A stretch of 64,000 nt of DNA from Spirochaetota bacterium (GTDB lineage Bacteria > Spirochaetota > UBA12135 > COTS27 > CBDBHE01). The notes beneath the pieces are model-generated. The model ran no database searches and was not told the origin of the DNA. It worked only from the letters and a program-made list of their open reading frames with translations. This document shows positions 8,330 to 18,288 of the stretch, one piece after another (positions within the stretch are counted from its first letter, which is position 1; every line of letters starts with the position of its first letter). Made by a program: the position numbers and the translations under genes. The stretch lies in contig CBDBHE010000006.1 in assembly GCA_965205605.1 (NCBI GenBank), positions 192,001 through 256,000 of the forward strand. Reading direction: 5' to 3'.

Positions 8330-10795
8330 TTATGATTCAAAATACTTTCTTTTTTTATCGATGACAAACCAAATAAAAATGCTTGCAAATACTAGATAGT
8401 TTAAAAGAGTAATGAAAAATCCAATCCTATTAGGTTGATAGAGAATGGTAATTTTTTTTGTATCTTCATTTAAATAAAAACCATTAAAAAAATAATTTAC
8501 TGGAAAATGAGCAAGTTTTTTACCATTAGCATACGCTTTCCAATGGTTGTTGTACTTATTAGCAAGGACTAAAATGTTGTCTTTAGCATTAGAAACTTCT
8601 AAATGGTATTGATTGTCAGAAAAGGATTTTATGTTAAAAGAAGATAAAACAGGTAAGGTGATTTGGTTGGTATTTAAGAAGCTGGGTTGTTTAAAAAAAA
8701 TGGCTTCGTTAGAGAAGTTGAAATTAGAGCTGTTTAGATGAGTAAAGAAAGCTTCTTTGTTAGAAATAACGCTGTAATGATTTGCTAAATAAACCCTTGG
8801 AGAATAATTTTTTAGTTCATAAAGAAATACACTTTCTTGGATTACCTCAAAACTATATTGCTTTTTAAAGTTAAGTTCGTTATGAAAAATAGGTTGTTGA
8901 AATAAAATATAGCGAACGTTGGCTAGTTTAAGATGATTTAGAGTTTGATAATTATTCATTTTTTTAAAGTAAGTTTTAATATCATCAGGCCATTTTCTAA
9001 TCGCTCTATAGTCAATTAAATCAATTGAATAGTAAGGAGAAAGCGTCCATATAAAATGTTTGAGGTATTGTTTTTGAGTAATAACTTTAGTTCTAAATGG
9101 TTTTTTTTGTTTTTCTTCTAATAAGAAGTCAATAAGCTTGTCTTTTTGAATATTTTTTTTGGCATCAATAAAGAGAATGTATTTTCTGTTAATAAGATAA
9201 AAATCAAAAAAAGAAAACACAAGAAAATAAATAAAGATAAGCTTTGCTGTTTTTAAAGTCAGTTGATTTTTTTTCATTAAGTAAATGAGGTAAAACAAAG
9301 GAAAAATTGCTAATGAATAAATCATGAAGAATCTAAAACTTTGTTTAAAAATATTTGTAATGACTAAATGACTGAGTTTAAAACCAATGAGATTTGAAAG
9401 ATGGTTTTCAAATTTATTGGAATTAAAGGCAAAAATAATAAAAGAAAGTATTGAGACAATAAAAATTGTAATTAGTATCAATTGAAAGGGGGGGTATTTT
9501 TTTTTACTTAAATCCAAGTCTTTTTTTTCTAAAATATTTTTAATAGTGATATAAAAATGATTGATTGAATAGGCGGACAAAGTAAAAATAGAAAAGTGAA
9601 AAAGATGTAAAAATTTGTTGGGATTTCTAAACTCATCCATAAAAGGAATGTGGTAAAAAAATTGGTATAAAGGGAAGAATCTTCCGTAAGATAGGAGTAG
9701 GGAAATAATGACAGCTCCTCCCCAAAATAGCTTAATTTTTCTTGGCGTAATGAATAGAGCATAAATAAAAAATATAAAGCAAATCACTCCTAAGTAGTTG
9801 GAAGTGTAGGAATAGTTATAAAAACCTCTTTGGTGCTTTTCCCAGTTGGGGCTTTGCCCTGTTTTGCCCCAGTAGGGATTTTCCTTACTCCCTGTGTAAT
9901 AACCAAAAATGCCTGGGGCAAAAAATTCGATTGTTTCTATAGGAGCAAGAGACCATTGTGTTGCCCAGTCCCATTTTTGTTTGGAGGATTGTTGGTTGGT
10001 TGTTTTTTTTTCAAAAGGAATGATTTTCGAATAATCTTTTTTAACAAACACATAGGCATAATGTTCAATACTTTGGTAGGCAAAGAAGATAGAAAAAAAA
10101 GGGATTAATAAAAAAAGAAGAAGCTTTTTTTTCATTTTTGAAAAAAATAATTGAAAAGATAAAAAGTTTTTTTCTTTTTTTTCTATGATTAAAAAAGGAA
10201 TGTAACAAACAAGCATGATAACAAAATATAAGCTTGTTTGGACAGCTTCGGAAATAAAAGCAAAGGATAAAAACAAGGTAGTAAGGAGTGCATTTGGGAG
10301 ATGATTTTTTTTAGACATAAAATAATATCGCAGTGTCCCAAAAGCTAAAAAGAAAAAACATATCGAAAACATTTTTCCAATATGACCGGTACGAATATAA
10401 GTAAAGTACATCGGTGAAAATGTGAATAAAAAAGAAACAACAATAGAGGGGATTTTTTGAAAAAAATGACTTTTACAAAAAAAGTAAGCAGAAAATAAAG
10501 TAAGTGAAAGAATAAAAATATAAAGAAGATGAATGGCAATGATGGGAGGAAAAAGCCAATAAAAGATATTTTGGATATTAAAAGAAGTAATTTTCCCGGC
10601 TCCAAAAAGAGTGTTGTTGCTCCAATTGCCTATAAATCCTCTAGGTAGTTCTTGATGGATGAGATTTGTCCATTCTAGTCTGAGATCGTCAGCGTAGACA
10701 AGTTTGCCTTTGAAAATGAAAGGAGCGAAGGTAATGAAGATAAGAGAAATGAAGATAATTAAGGGAATTTGTAAGGATTTTTTTTTTAGATTCAA
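8330..10795 (-). CDS. YfhO-family multi-pass membrane protein (GT-C-like)
   Basis: Many TM helices, GHIGK, WATQWS, YWG, YLG and FRNP motifs, C-terminal soluble domain with WKAYANGK followed by a final TM helix. Confidence 0.7.
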   Translation of the reverse strand: MNLKKKSLQIPLIIFISLIFITFAPFIFKGKLVYADDLRLEWTNLIHQELPRGFIGNWSNNTLFGAGKITSFNIQNIFYWLFPPIIAIHLLYIFILSLTLFSAYFFCKSHFFQKIPSIVVSFLFTFSPMYFTYIRTGHIGKMFSICFFFLAFGTLRYYFMSKKNHLPNALLTTLFLSFAFISEAVQTSLYFVIMLVCYIPFLIIEKKEKNFLSFQLFFSKMKKKLLLFLLIPFFSIFFAYQSIEHYAYVFVKKDYSKIIPFEKKTTNQQSSKQKWDWATQWSLAPIETIEFFAPGIFGYYTGSKENPYWGKTGQSPNWEKHQRGFYNYSYTSNYLGVICFIFFIYALFITPRKIKLFWGGAVIISLLLSYGRFFPLYQFFYHIPFMDEFRNPNKFLHLFHFSIFTLSAYSINHFYITIKNILEKKDLDLSKKKYPPFQLILITIFIVSILSFIIFAFNSNKFENHLSNLIGFKLSHLVITNIFKQSFRFFMIYSLAIFPLFYLIYLMKKNQLTLKTAKLIFIYFLVFSFFDFYLINRKYILFIDAKKNIQKDKLIDFLLEEKQKKPFRTKVITQKQYLKHFIWTLSPYYSIDLIDYRAIRKWPDDIKTYFKKMNNYQTLNHLKLANVRYILFQQPIFHNELNFKKQYSFEVIQESVFLYELKNYSPRVYLANHYSVISNKEAFFTHLNSSNFNFSNEAIFFKQPSFLNTNQITLPVLSSFNIKSFSDNQYHLEVSNAKDNILVLANKYNNHWKAYANGKKLAHFPVNYFFNGFYLNEDTKKITILYQPNRIGFFITLLNYLVFASIFIWFVIDKKRKYFES

Positions 10796-10911
10796 ATTGT
10801 TTTTCTCCCTACATTAATTTTAAAAATTGGGTTAACCCAAAGGTATTGTTTTTATTTTTATTGTATGATGAATGTAAAAAATAATAAAACCATTCAATTA
10901 ATCTAGCTTAA

Positions 10912-12231
<1,320 letters not shown>

Positions 12232-12237
12232 AAAAAA

Positions 12238-13041
12238 TTATTTTTTTTCTTCTAAGTCTTGTTGGAGTTTTTTATCCCAAGTTTGATATTTCTTTTTAAG
12301 GATTTCAGCTTGCTCCTTTTCGCCAAGTAAAATATGGAGTCTTCTATGAAAGGCAACAAAGGCAAGAGCTTTTTTCATATCAGAGACTTGTTTTTGAGTC
12401 AGTTCGTATTTATTTCGATATAGCTCAGCAGCTTCATCTAGTTTTGATGTTACCAGGTTTAACATATTCATTCGTTCAGCATACTTTGGAATAGCAGGGT
12501 TTAGATTTTTGATAAGATTTGGAAAATCAACCATGTTTTTCATCGCTCTAATAAAACTTCCTTCTAAATCGACCAAAGACCATTTCCATTTAGAGTTTTC
12601 TCCAGATAGATTTTTTAATCGATCAATAGTAAATCCAAATCTTTTTATTTTTTCAAATTGTTCTAAATTAGAGATCTTATTATTAATATAACTAAACCCC
12701 TTTGCTAACTGAGCAGGAGGAATATCTATTTCATTACCTACTAAAGATTCTAAGTAATTGACGATTGAAATACAATTTTTTCTAGCTAAATCTAAATAAG
12801 CTTCATTTTTGAAATTTAAAATATTGATACTAGTAATACAAATAGTAATTTGATAACAAGTTTCTTTAAAAATAAGATCGATCACTTCTAATGTTTTATT
12901 TGTTTTATTCTCTAAATCAAGGTCATTAACTAGCATGAGTTCTTTTTTTATTTTAGCTATATAGATGGAAATAACCTCAATAGCGTTCTTTAAAGGAGCT
13001 ATTTGCTTGTCATAAATTGCTTTTTCTGTTATTTGAAACAT
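12238..13041 (-). CDS. Conserved hypothetical protein (alpha-helical, resembles a spirochaete-specific family)
   Basis: 267 aa ORF. The NEAYLDLARK and NSKWKWSLVDLEG segments resemble, from recall, an uncharacterised spirochaete family. Confidence 0.65.
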   Translation of the reverse strand: MFQITEKAIYDKQIAPLKNAIEVISIYIAKIKKELMLVNDLDLENKTNKTLEVIDLIFKETCYQITICITSINILNFKNEAYLDLARKNCISIVNYLESLVGNEIDIPPAQLAKGFSYINNKISNLEQFEKIKRFGFTIDRLKNLSGENSKWKWSLVDLEGSFIRAMKNMVDFPNLIKNLNPAIPKYAERMNMLNLVTSKLDEAAELYRNKYELTQKQVSDMKKALAFVAFHRRLHILLGEKEQAEILKKKYQTWDKKLQQDLEEKK

Positions 13042-13157
13042 TTTTAGATAAAATTCACTTTATTAAATTTTCCATTTTATGTATCATGTTAGTATCTTCG
13101 GCTATATAAGGTGTTTTTTTTAAAGATAATTTTAATTGATTCATTGGTTTTTTCAAA

Positions 13158-14417
13158 TTGTTTGGCTATCACCTACTTAAAAATGAAGCTGATTTTTTAT
13201 CTTTAATCAATCAAAGACGTCTTTCAACAGGCAATTTATTACTTTACAAAAATTATTATTATTATTTTTATTATAAATCTTATATTTATGGTCTTTATAA
13301 AGTTGATAAAATTGATAATTTTTTTTATTTTTTTAAAAAAAAGGATTATCAATCAATTTATTTCTCTCCTCTTAAAGAAAAAGAAGAAAAAATAAATAAA
13401 TATTTAAAAGACACAAAAAATGTTTTGAATTTTTTTAAAAAAAGAATTCAAAAAAGAAAAGAAATTTATTTACAAATGATTTTTCTCAGTAAAAATAAGT
13501 TGCATTTTCGTTGGTGTTCGAGAGAATCTAGTGAATTATTTGGTTTTTATAGTAAAACTTTTTCTAAAAAATGCTTATTATCTTTGGAGAAAATTATGAA
13601 TCTTTTTAAAAAACAAGAAGTTAATTCTGAGTTCATGCACTTAATTTTTAGAAAAGAAGGTTATTTTTTATATAAAACTTTGATTGATTCTAATTTGGAA
13701 GATGTTTTGGAAAAATCTTCAAATATTTATATTAAAAATAATGCCAATATTCCTTTTAATTATTTTTTTGATGGCAAGCAGTATCTTTTTGAAAAAGCGT
13801 ATATCGTTTGTCATAAACCATTTCCTTTTTTATCTAAAGAAAATGAGATTAGGAGCGAAGAGAAGCATTATTGTTCTGTGATGATGCCTTGTAAGTTTGA
13901 TATGTTTATGGTGGAAGAATTTGAAAAAATCTTAGAATTATTTCAATTAAAAAAAACAATTCCATTTCAATCGATTCGTTTTTTATCTAATGCGACGGAG
14001 TTTATGAGTAAATTAGCTACTTCTTGGTGGGTTCATTTCATAGGTCATGGCAAAATTATTAAAGATGATTTTTGTTTTTGTTTGAGTGAACAAGAAATTT
14101 TATTTGTTAGCACGTTAGTTGAAAATGCTATCAGGGCACCTAAAGTATTGATTATGAGTGCTTGTCATTCTCTGCATTCTTCCTTGCAAGAATGGTTTTT
14201 TACTTCAGGGGGTGAGGTTTTAATTGGATCTAGAGGGGATGTGGCTTCACAAGAGCTAGTTAAGCTTTTTATTGATTTTTATTTAGAGCTGTTTGAAAAA
14301 AAACTAACACTTAACGAAGCCTTTTATAATGTGAAAGTAGCTTCGCTTAAAAAAGAAGAAACGAGCTGTTTCCATTTAGAATTAATTGGCAATGGGGATG
14401 GATTTTTATACATTTGA
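13158..14417 (+). CDS. CHAT domain (caspase-like, clan CD) protease
   Basis: NIPFNYFFDGKQYL, VHFIGHG (catalytic His), LIMSACHS (catalytic Cys), and F..SG...LIG...V...FY..L occur in CHAT order. The N-terminal part is low complexity and the start is uncertain. Confidence 0.75.
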   Translation: MFGYHLLKNEADFLSLINQRRLSTGNLLLYKNYYYYFYYKSYIYGLYKVDKIDNFFYFFKKKDYQSIYFSPLKEKEEKINKYLKDTKNVLNFFKKRIQKRKEIYLQMIFLSKNKLHFRWCSRESSELFGFYSKTFSKKCLLSLEKIMNLFKKQEVNSEFMHLIFRKEGYFLYKTLIDSNLEDVLEKSSNIYIKNNANIPFNYFFDGKQYLFEKAYIVCHKPFPFLSKENEIRSEEKHYCSVMMPCKFDMFMVEEFEKILELFQLKKTIPFQSIRFLSNATEFMSKLATSWWVHFIGHGKIIKDDFCFCLSEQEILFVSTLVENAIRAPKVLIMSACHSLHSSLQEWFFTSGGEVLIGSRGDVASQELVKLFIDFYLELFEKKLTLNEAFYNVKVASLKKEETSCFHLELIGNGDGFLYI

Positions 14418-16199
14418 TTAAAATAATTTTTTGTCGGCTTGTTTAATCAGTTTTCGATGAAAATTCAAAAGAGTTTTCTCATTTTTTTGATCCCCAAAGA
14501 AATCACAAGAAATTCTAAACACAGGCTCTGTTTTAGAACCTCTCATCCAAAGGAATCCTCTTTTTTCATTTTTTTGATTAAAAAAAAGAACTTTAAAGCC
14601 GCCTTCTCCTTTACCGATTTGTTTTTTAGGGCCGATTAGGACCTTATCAGCTTCATAATTTAAAAACTGATAATCATAGAAGTCATATTTTTTTTTCCAT
14701 TTTTCTTTGTTTATTTTAAAAGCTTGTTCGAATTGTTGTTCATAGATTTTTTTTAAAGCTTTAGGATTGTTGCTTTTAAGATAAACTAAAGCTCTTTTTT
14801 CAAAAACGGCAGTTGTTGTATACCAATTAATTGCTTTTTGGAAGAAATAAAGAAGGTCTTCTTTATTTTTTTCTAATAGAGTTGGGTTTAAATTAAGTTT
14901 TTTTACAGCGATAAATAAAAGAGAGTTTTGAGATTTGGGCTCTTTTAAAAAAATAAATTTCAAAAGACTCATTAGTGTTAGCAATGGATCGCGTATTGTA
15001 GAAGGGAGTGTAATATTACCTCCATTACTTCCTTCTCCTAACATATGGACGTAAAAACCTTTTTTTTTTTTTTTTTTTGCTAATGAAAGCAAATTGGCTT
15101 CTCCTACTTCTGCTTGAAAGAAAGAAACGTTAAAAGCAGAGCAAATTTGATCAATTCTAAGAGAAGTGGCGTCGTTAGCAATAATGGCTAATTTTTTCAA
15201 TTTTTGAGGATAAAAAAGTGTAATAAAAGAGAGTTCTGAAATCACACAAAGGGCAAAAACCATTTGAGCTTGGAGGATCACAGGCTTGTTATTGTAACAA
15301 ACAACAATATTACCCCTATCGCCATCACAATCAGGGCAATATCCTAAGAGGAATGGTTTTTTTTGTTTTTTCATAAAAACTTTTAGCATATTTAAAGATT
15401 TGCCTTCGGGGACAATTTTATGAGCAAAGTGACCTAATTTTTCGTTAATAGATTTAAAGTGAATGTGGTAAGTGCTTAAGTAATGTTTGTCAATTGAGTT
15501 AATACGGCTTGAGCCATTGAAATCACAAGCTAAAAAATAATTTTTTTTTAAAAAATTATTTTGAAAACTCTTTTTAATTAAATTATTTTTATGCTGAAAA
15601 CAAACTTGATCAATAAGCTCAGCATATTTTTTTTCAGAAGCCAAAAGATGTTTTTTCGAGAGAGTGGCAGTAGGAGGATTTATTTTTTGGTATAAGCGAA
15701 TGAAGTTGTTTGCTTTTAATTGATTTGAACAGGTTTTTTTAAATTGTGTTATTAATTGATTCATTTCTTTTTGGTGGAGGACTTCTCCCTTCTCATTTCC
15801 GATTTTGAGTCCATTGTATCCGGGAGGATTGTGAGAAGCGGTTAAATAGATCACTTTAAAAAGACTTTTTTTTTTTTTGACATAGGCCATTACTTGAGGA
15901 ATGGCAGTAATCCCAATATTTTCTATTGGGATTTGATAAAAATTAAAAACGTTGTAGATAATTTTTAAGATTTCTTTCCCTGTAGGTCTAGAATCTCTAG
16001 CAAGTAAAATTTTTTTTTTTAGAAGTAAAGGGTGCTTTTTAATTAAAAAATCAGCAATCACGAAAGCAGCAACAATCATCAAATTTTCATTAAAAATTCC
16101 AATTGATTTTTGAAGGCTGTTTTCTTTTTTATTTTCAGCGAATATTTTTCGCCACCCCGAATAACTTAATATAAAATTTTCTAGATTTAAATTAAGCAT
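14418..16199 (-). CDS. Phosphoglucomutase/phosphomannomutase-family protein
   Basis: DSRPTG, TASHNP phosphoserine loop, DCDGDR metal loop, GEGSNGG and RGSKTEP motifs; the ILSYSGWRKIF N-terminus is of the spirochaete type. Confidence 0.88.
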   Translation of the reverse strand: MLNLNLENFILSYSGWRKIFAENKKENSLQKSIGIFNENLMIVAAFVIADFLIKKHPLLLKKKILLARDSRPTGKEILKIIYNVFNFYQIPIENIGITAIPQVMAYVKKKKSLFKVIYLTASHNPPGYNGLKIGNEKGEVLHQKEMNQLITQFKKTCSNQLKANNFIRLYQKINPPTATLSKKHLLASEKKYAELIDQVCFQHKNNLIKKSFQNNFLKKNYFLACDFNGSSRINSIDKHYLSTYHIHFKSINEKLGHFAHKIVPEGKSLNMLKVFMKKQKKPFLLGYCPDCDGDRGNIVVCYNNKPVILQAQMVFALCVISELSFITLFYPQKLKKLAIIANDATSLRIDQICSAFNVSFFQAEVGEANLLSLAKKKKKKGFYVHMLGEGSNGGNITLPSTIRDPLLTLMSLLKFIFLKEPKSQNSLLFIAVKKLNLNPTLLEKNKEDLLYFFQKAINWYTTTAVFEKRALVYLKSNNPKALKKIYEQQFEQAFKINKEKWKKKYDFYDYQFLNYEADKVLIGPKKQIGKGEGGFKVLFFNQKNEKRGFLWMRGSKTEPVFRISCDFFGDQKNEKTLLNFHRKLIKQADKKLF

Positions 16200-16206
16200 C
16201 TAAAAA

Positions 16207-17271
16207 TCATTTTTCTAAAATAAATTTATCTACTTTAAAAAGATAAGCAATTAAAGCAACCCTTACCCACATCCCATTTCGTACCTGTCTCCAATACATC
16301 GCTCTTGGATCTTCATCAACATTGTTTTCAATTTCAGTCTTCCTAGGCAAAGGATGAAGAATTACCCCGGTGTGTTTTAAAGTTTTTAGATGTTTTTTTT
16401 GAAAGCTATATTTTTTTTCATCATAATTTTTTGATTCTTTTTGATGAGTATCATATTCGTTTTGAAGACGGGTCATATAAACGGCATCTGCTTGATGAAT
16501 GATGGATTCAAATTTTTCGGTTTCTTTAAAGTTGATTTTTTTGTCTAAGAGCATTTTTTTGATATTGTTTTCTATTTTAAATTTTTTAGGAGATGAAAAA
16601 ATAATTTTTATATTAGAAAAAAGAGAGAGTAAATGACAGAGGGATTTGATGGTTCTGCCTCTTTTCAAGTCTCCAACCATTAAAATGGTTTTATTTTCCA
16701 GTCCACCAATTTTTTCAAAAGATTTTCTTAAGGTAAAAATATCTAAAAGCGATTGTGTTGGGTGTTCGTCTTTTCCTGATCCCGCATTAATAATTGAAAT
16801 AGGTCTACGAGTTTTATTTAAAACAAAAGAAGCTTTTTCAACATTTCCTTCAATTAAATCTCGCATAATAATAAGATCAAAGTAACTAGAAAAAGTACGA
16901 ATGGTGTCTTCAAAAGATTCTCCTTTCACTTCACTTGAAACCTGAGGATTTCTCACATCACAAAATGTAATTCCTAAGGTTTGACAAGCAGTAGCAAAAG
17001 AAAGAAATGTTCTAGTGGATGGTTGAGTAAAATAAAACATTGCCTTATAATTTTTAAGTAAAGTAGAAAGCCAGATTTTGCCATCTTTTGTTTTTGAAAC
17101 CAGTCTTACTTTGTTTGTTAACGTATAAATCGTATCTAAAAAATTAATATCAAACTGTTTTGAGAAAAGAATATTAAATAAACGATTTTCTTTTTTAAAA
17201 TAAGGGATTCTACTTTCAAAAGGGAGGGCTTTAAAAGCATCCCAATTAAGATTATCTTTAATTAATTCCAT
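16207..17271 (-). CDS. pyrB: Aspartate carbamoyltransferase catalytic subunit
   Basis: STRT, KGES, NAGSG..EHPTQ, GDLKRGRT, TRLQ and HPLPR motifs. Confidence 0.93.
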   Translation of the reverse strand: MELIKDNLNWDAFKALPFESRIPYFKKENRLFNILFSKQFDINFLDTIYTLTNKVRLVSKTKDGKIWLSTLLKNYKAMFYFTQPSTRTFLSFATACQTLGITFCDVRNPQVSSEVKGESFEDTIRTFSSYFDLIIMRDLIEGNVEKASFVLNKTRRPISIINAGSGKDEHPTQSLLDIFTLRKSFEKIGGLENKTILMVGDLKRGRTIKSLCHLLSLFSNIKIIFSSPKKFKIENNIKKMLLDKKINFKETEKFESIIHQADAVYMTRLQNEYDTHQKESKNYDEKKYSFQKKHLKTLKHTGVILHPLPRKTEIENNVDEDPRAMYWRQVRNGMWVRVALIAYLFKVDKFILEK

Positions 17272-17295
17272 TGATTTTAAAAAAGTAAATAAGCT

Positions 17296-17324
17296 CTTAT
17301 AATTTGAATTTTACCTATTGTCAA
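17296..17324 (-). promoter_or_regulatory. Putative sigma70 promoter of pyrB
   Basis: On the minus strand, TTGACA-N17-TATAAG about 25 nt upstream of the pyrB start. Confidence 0.5.
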
Positions 17325-17354
17325 TGAAAATCGAGTCATGTTTTTTCTTTTATT

Positions 17355-17381
17355 TTAGATTTATTAAATCTAAGTTATAAT
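17355..17381. promoter_or_regulatory. Perfect 9-1-9 inverted repeat next to a TATAAT box; candidate operator
   Basis: TTAGATTTA-T-TAAATCTAA (17355-17373), followed by TATAAT at 17376-17381, in the divergent intergenic region. Confidence 0.4.
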
Positions 17382-17472
17382 TGATATATTATCTTTCTTT
17401 ATAAAAAAAATAGAAAATTTTTTTCGATTTAAATGACATTTTTTATTATTAATTTTTTTAAGAACAGTTAAC

Positions 17473-18285
17473 ATGCCTACAAAAAAGATTGTTATTTATT
17501 GCACTTATTGTAAATTTGCCCTTAGAATTCCTAGTTTACAAGGTTTTTTGAAGGTAACTTGTCCTAAATGTAAAGAAATTTTTTTGTATTCTAAAGAAAC
17601 TAATTTTGATTTTAAAAGTAGGGTGCAATTTTATATTTCAGCAGGTATTTTAGGAGGGATTATTGGGTTTTTTATTACAGAATATTTAAGGAGATTTTCT
17701 TTAGATTTTCTAGATCAAAAATTAATTTTTTTGATAGGGAATTTTTATACTTATGCTGGAGTTGGATTATCTATTAGTGTTTTTTTATCAAGTGTGGATG
17801 GGTTTTATTTAAAAGATCAAAAGAAATTTTGGTATGGTGTGGGTTTAGGGGTTTTGTTGGGTATTTTAGGAGGCCTTTTAAGTGGAATTTTGGCACAATT
17901 GATTTTTAAAGGAATTCTTTCTATTAGTGCTTGGTATAGTATTGGGTATATAGGATTTTTTTTAGCAAGAGTTTTAGGGTGGTCTTTTTTTGGTTTTTTT
18001 TTAGGGCTTTCTTATGGGGTTAAAGAAAACACAATTGGTGATTTAAAATATGGAGGGATTAGTGGTATTTTAGGAGGATTTTTAAGTGGGGTTTTATTTG
18101 AGCCAATTGCTTTTATGATGAATAGTGCTCAGCATAGTCGTTTGGTTGGTTTTTCTATTTTAGGAGGATTTTTAGGATTTTCGATTAAATATTTTCAAGA
18201 AAGAGCGATTATTAAAGGTGAAGAAACAATGTTTAAACAGTTGACGCGTCATCTCCCTGAGAATAATCGATTGGAGAAGAAATAA
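17473..18285 (+). CDS. Membrane protein with N-terminal zinc ribbon
   Basis: CTYC-x17-CPKC ribbon followed by about six Gly-rich TM helices. Confidence 0.7.
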   Translation: MPTKKIVIYCTYCKFALRIPSLQGFLKVTCPKCKEIFLYSKETNFDFKSRVQFYISAGILGGIIGFFITEYLRRFSLDFLDQKLIFLIGNFYTYAGVGLSISVFLSSVDGFYLKDQKKFWYGVGLGVLLGILGGLLSGILAQLIFKGILSISAWYSIGYIGFFLARVLGWSFFGFFLGLSYGVKENTIGDLKYGGISGILGGFLSGVLFEPIAFMMNSAQHSRLVGFSILGGFLGFSIKYFQERAIIKGEETMFKQLTRHLPENNRLEKK

Positions 18286-18288
18286 ATA

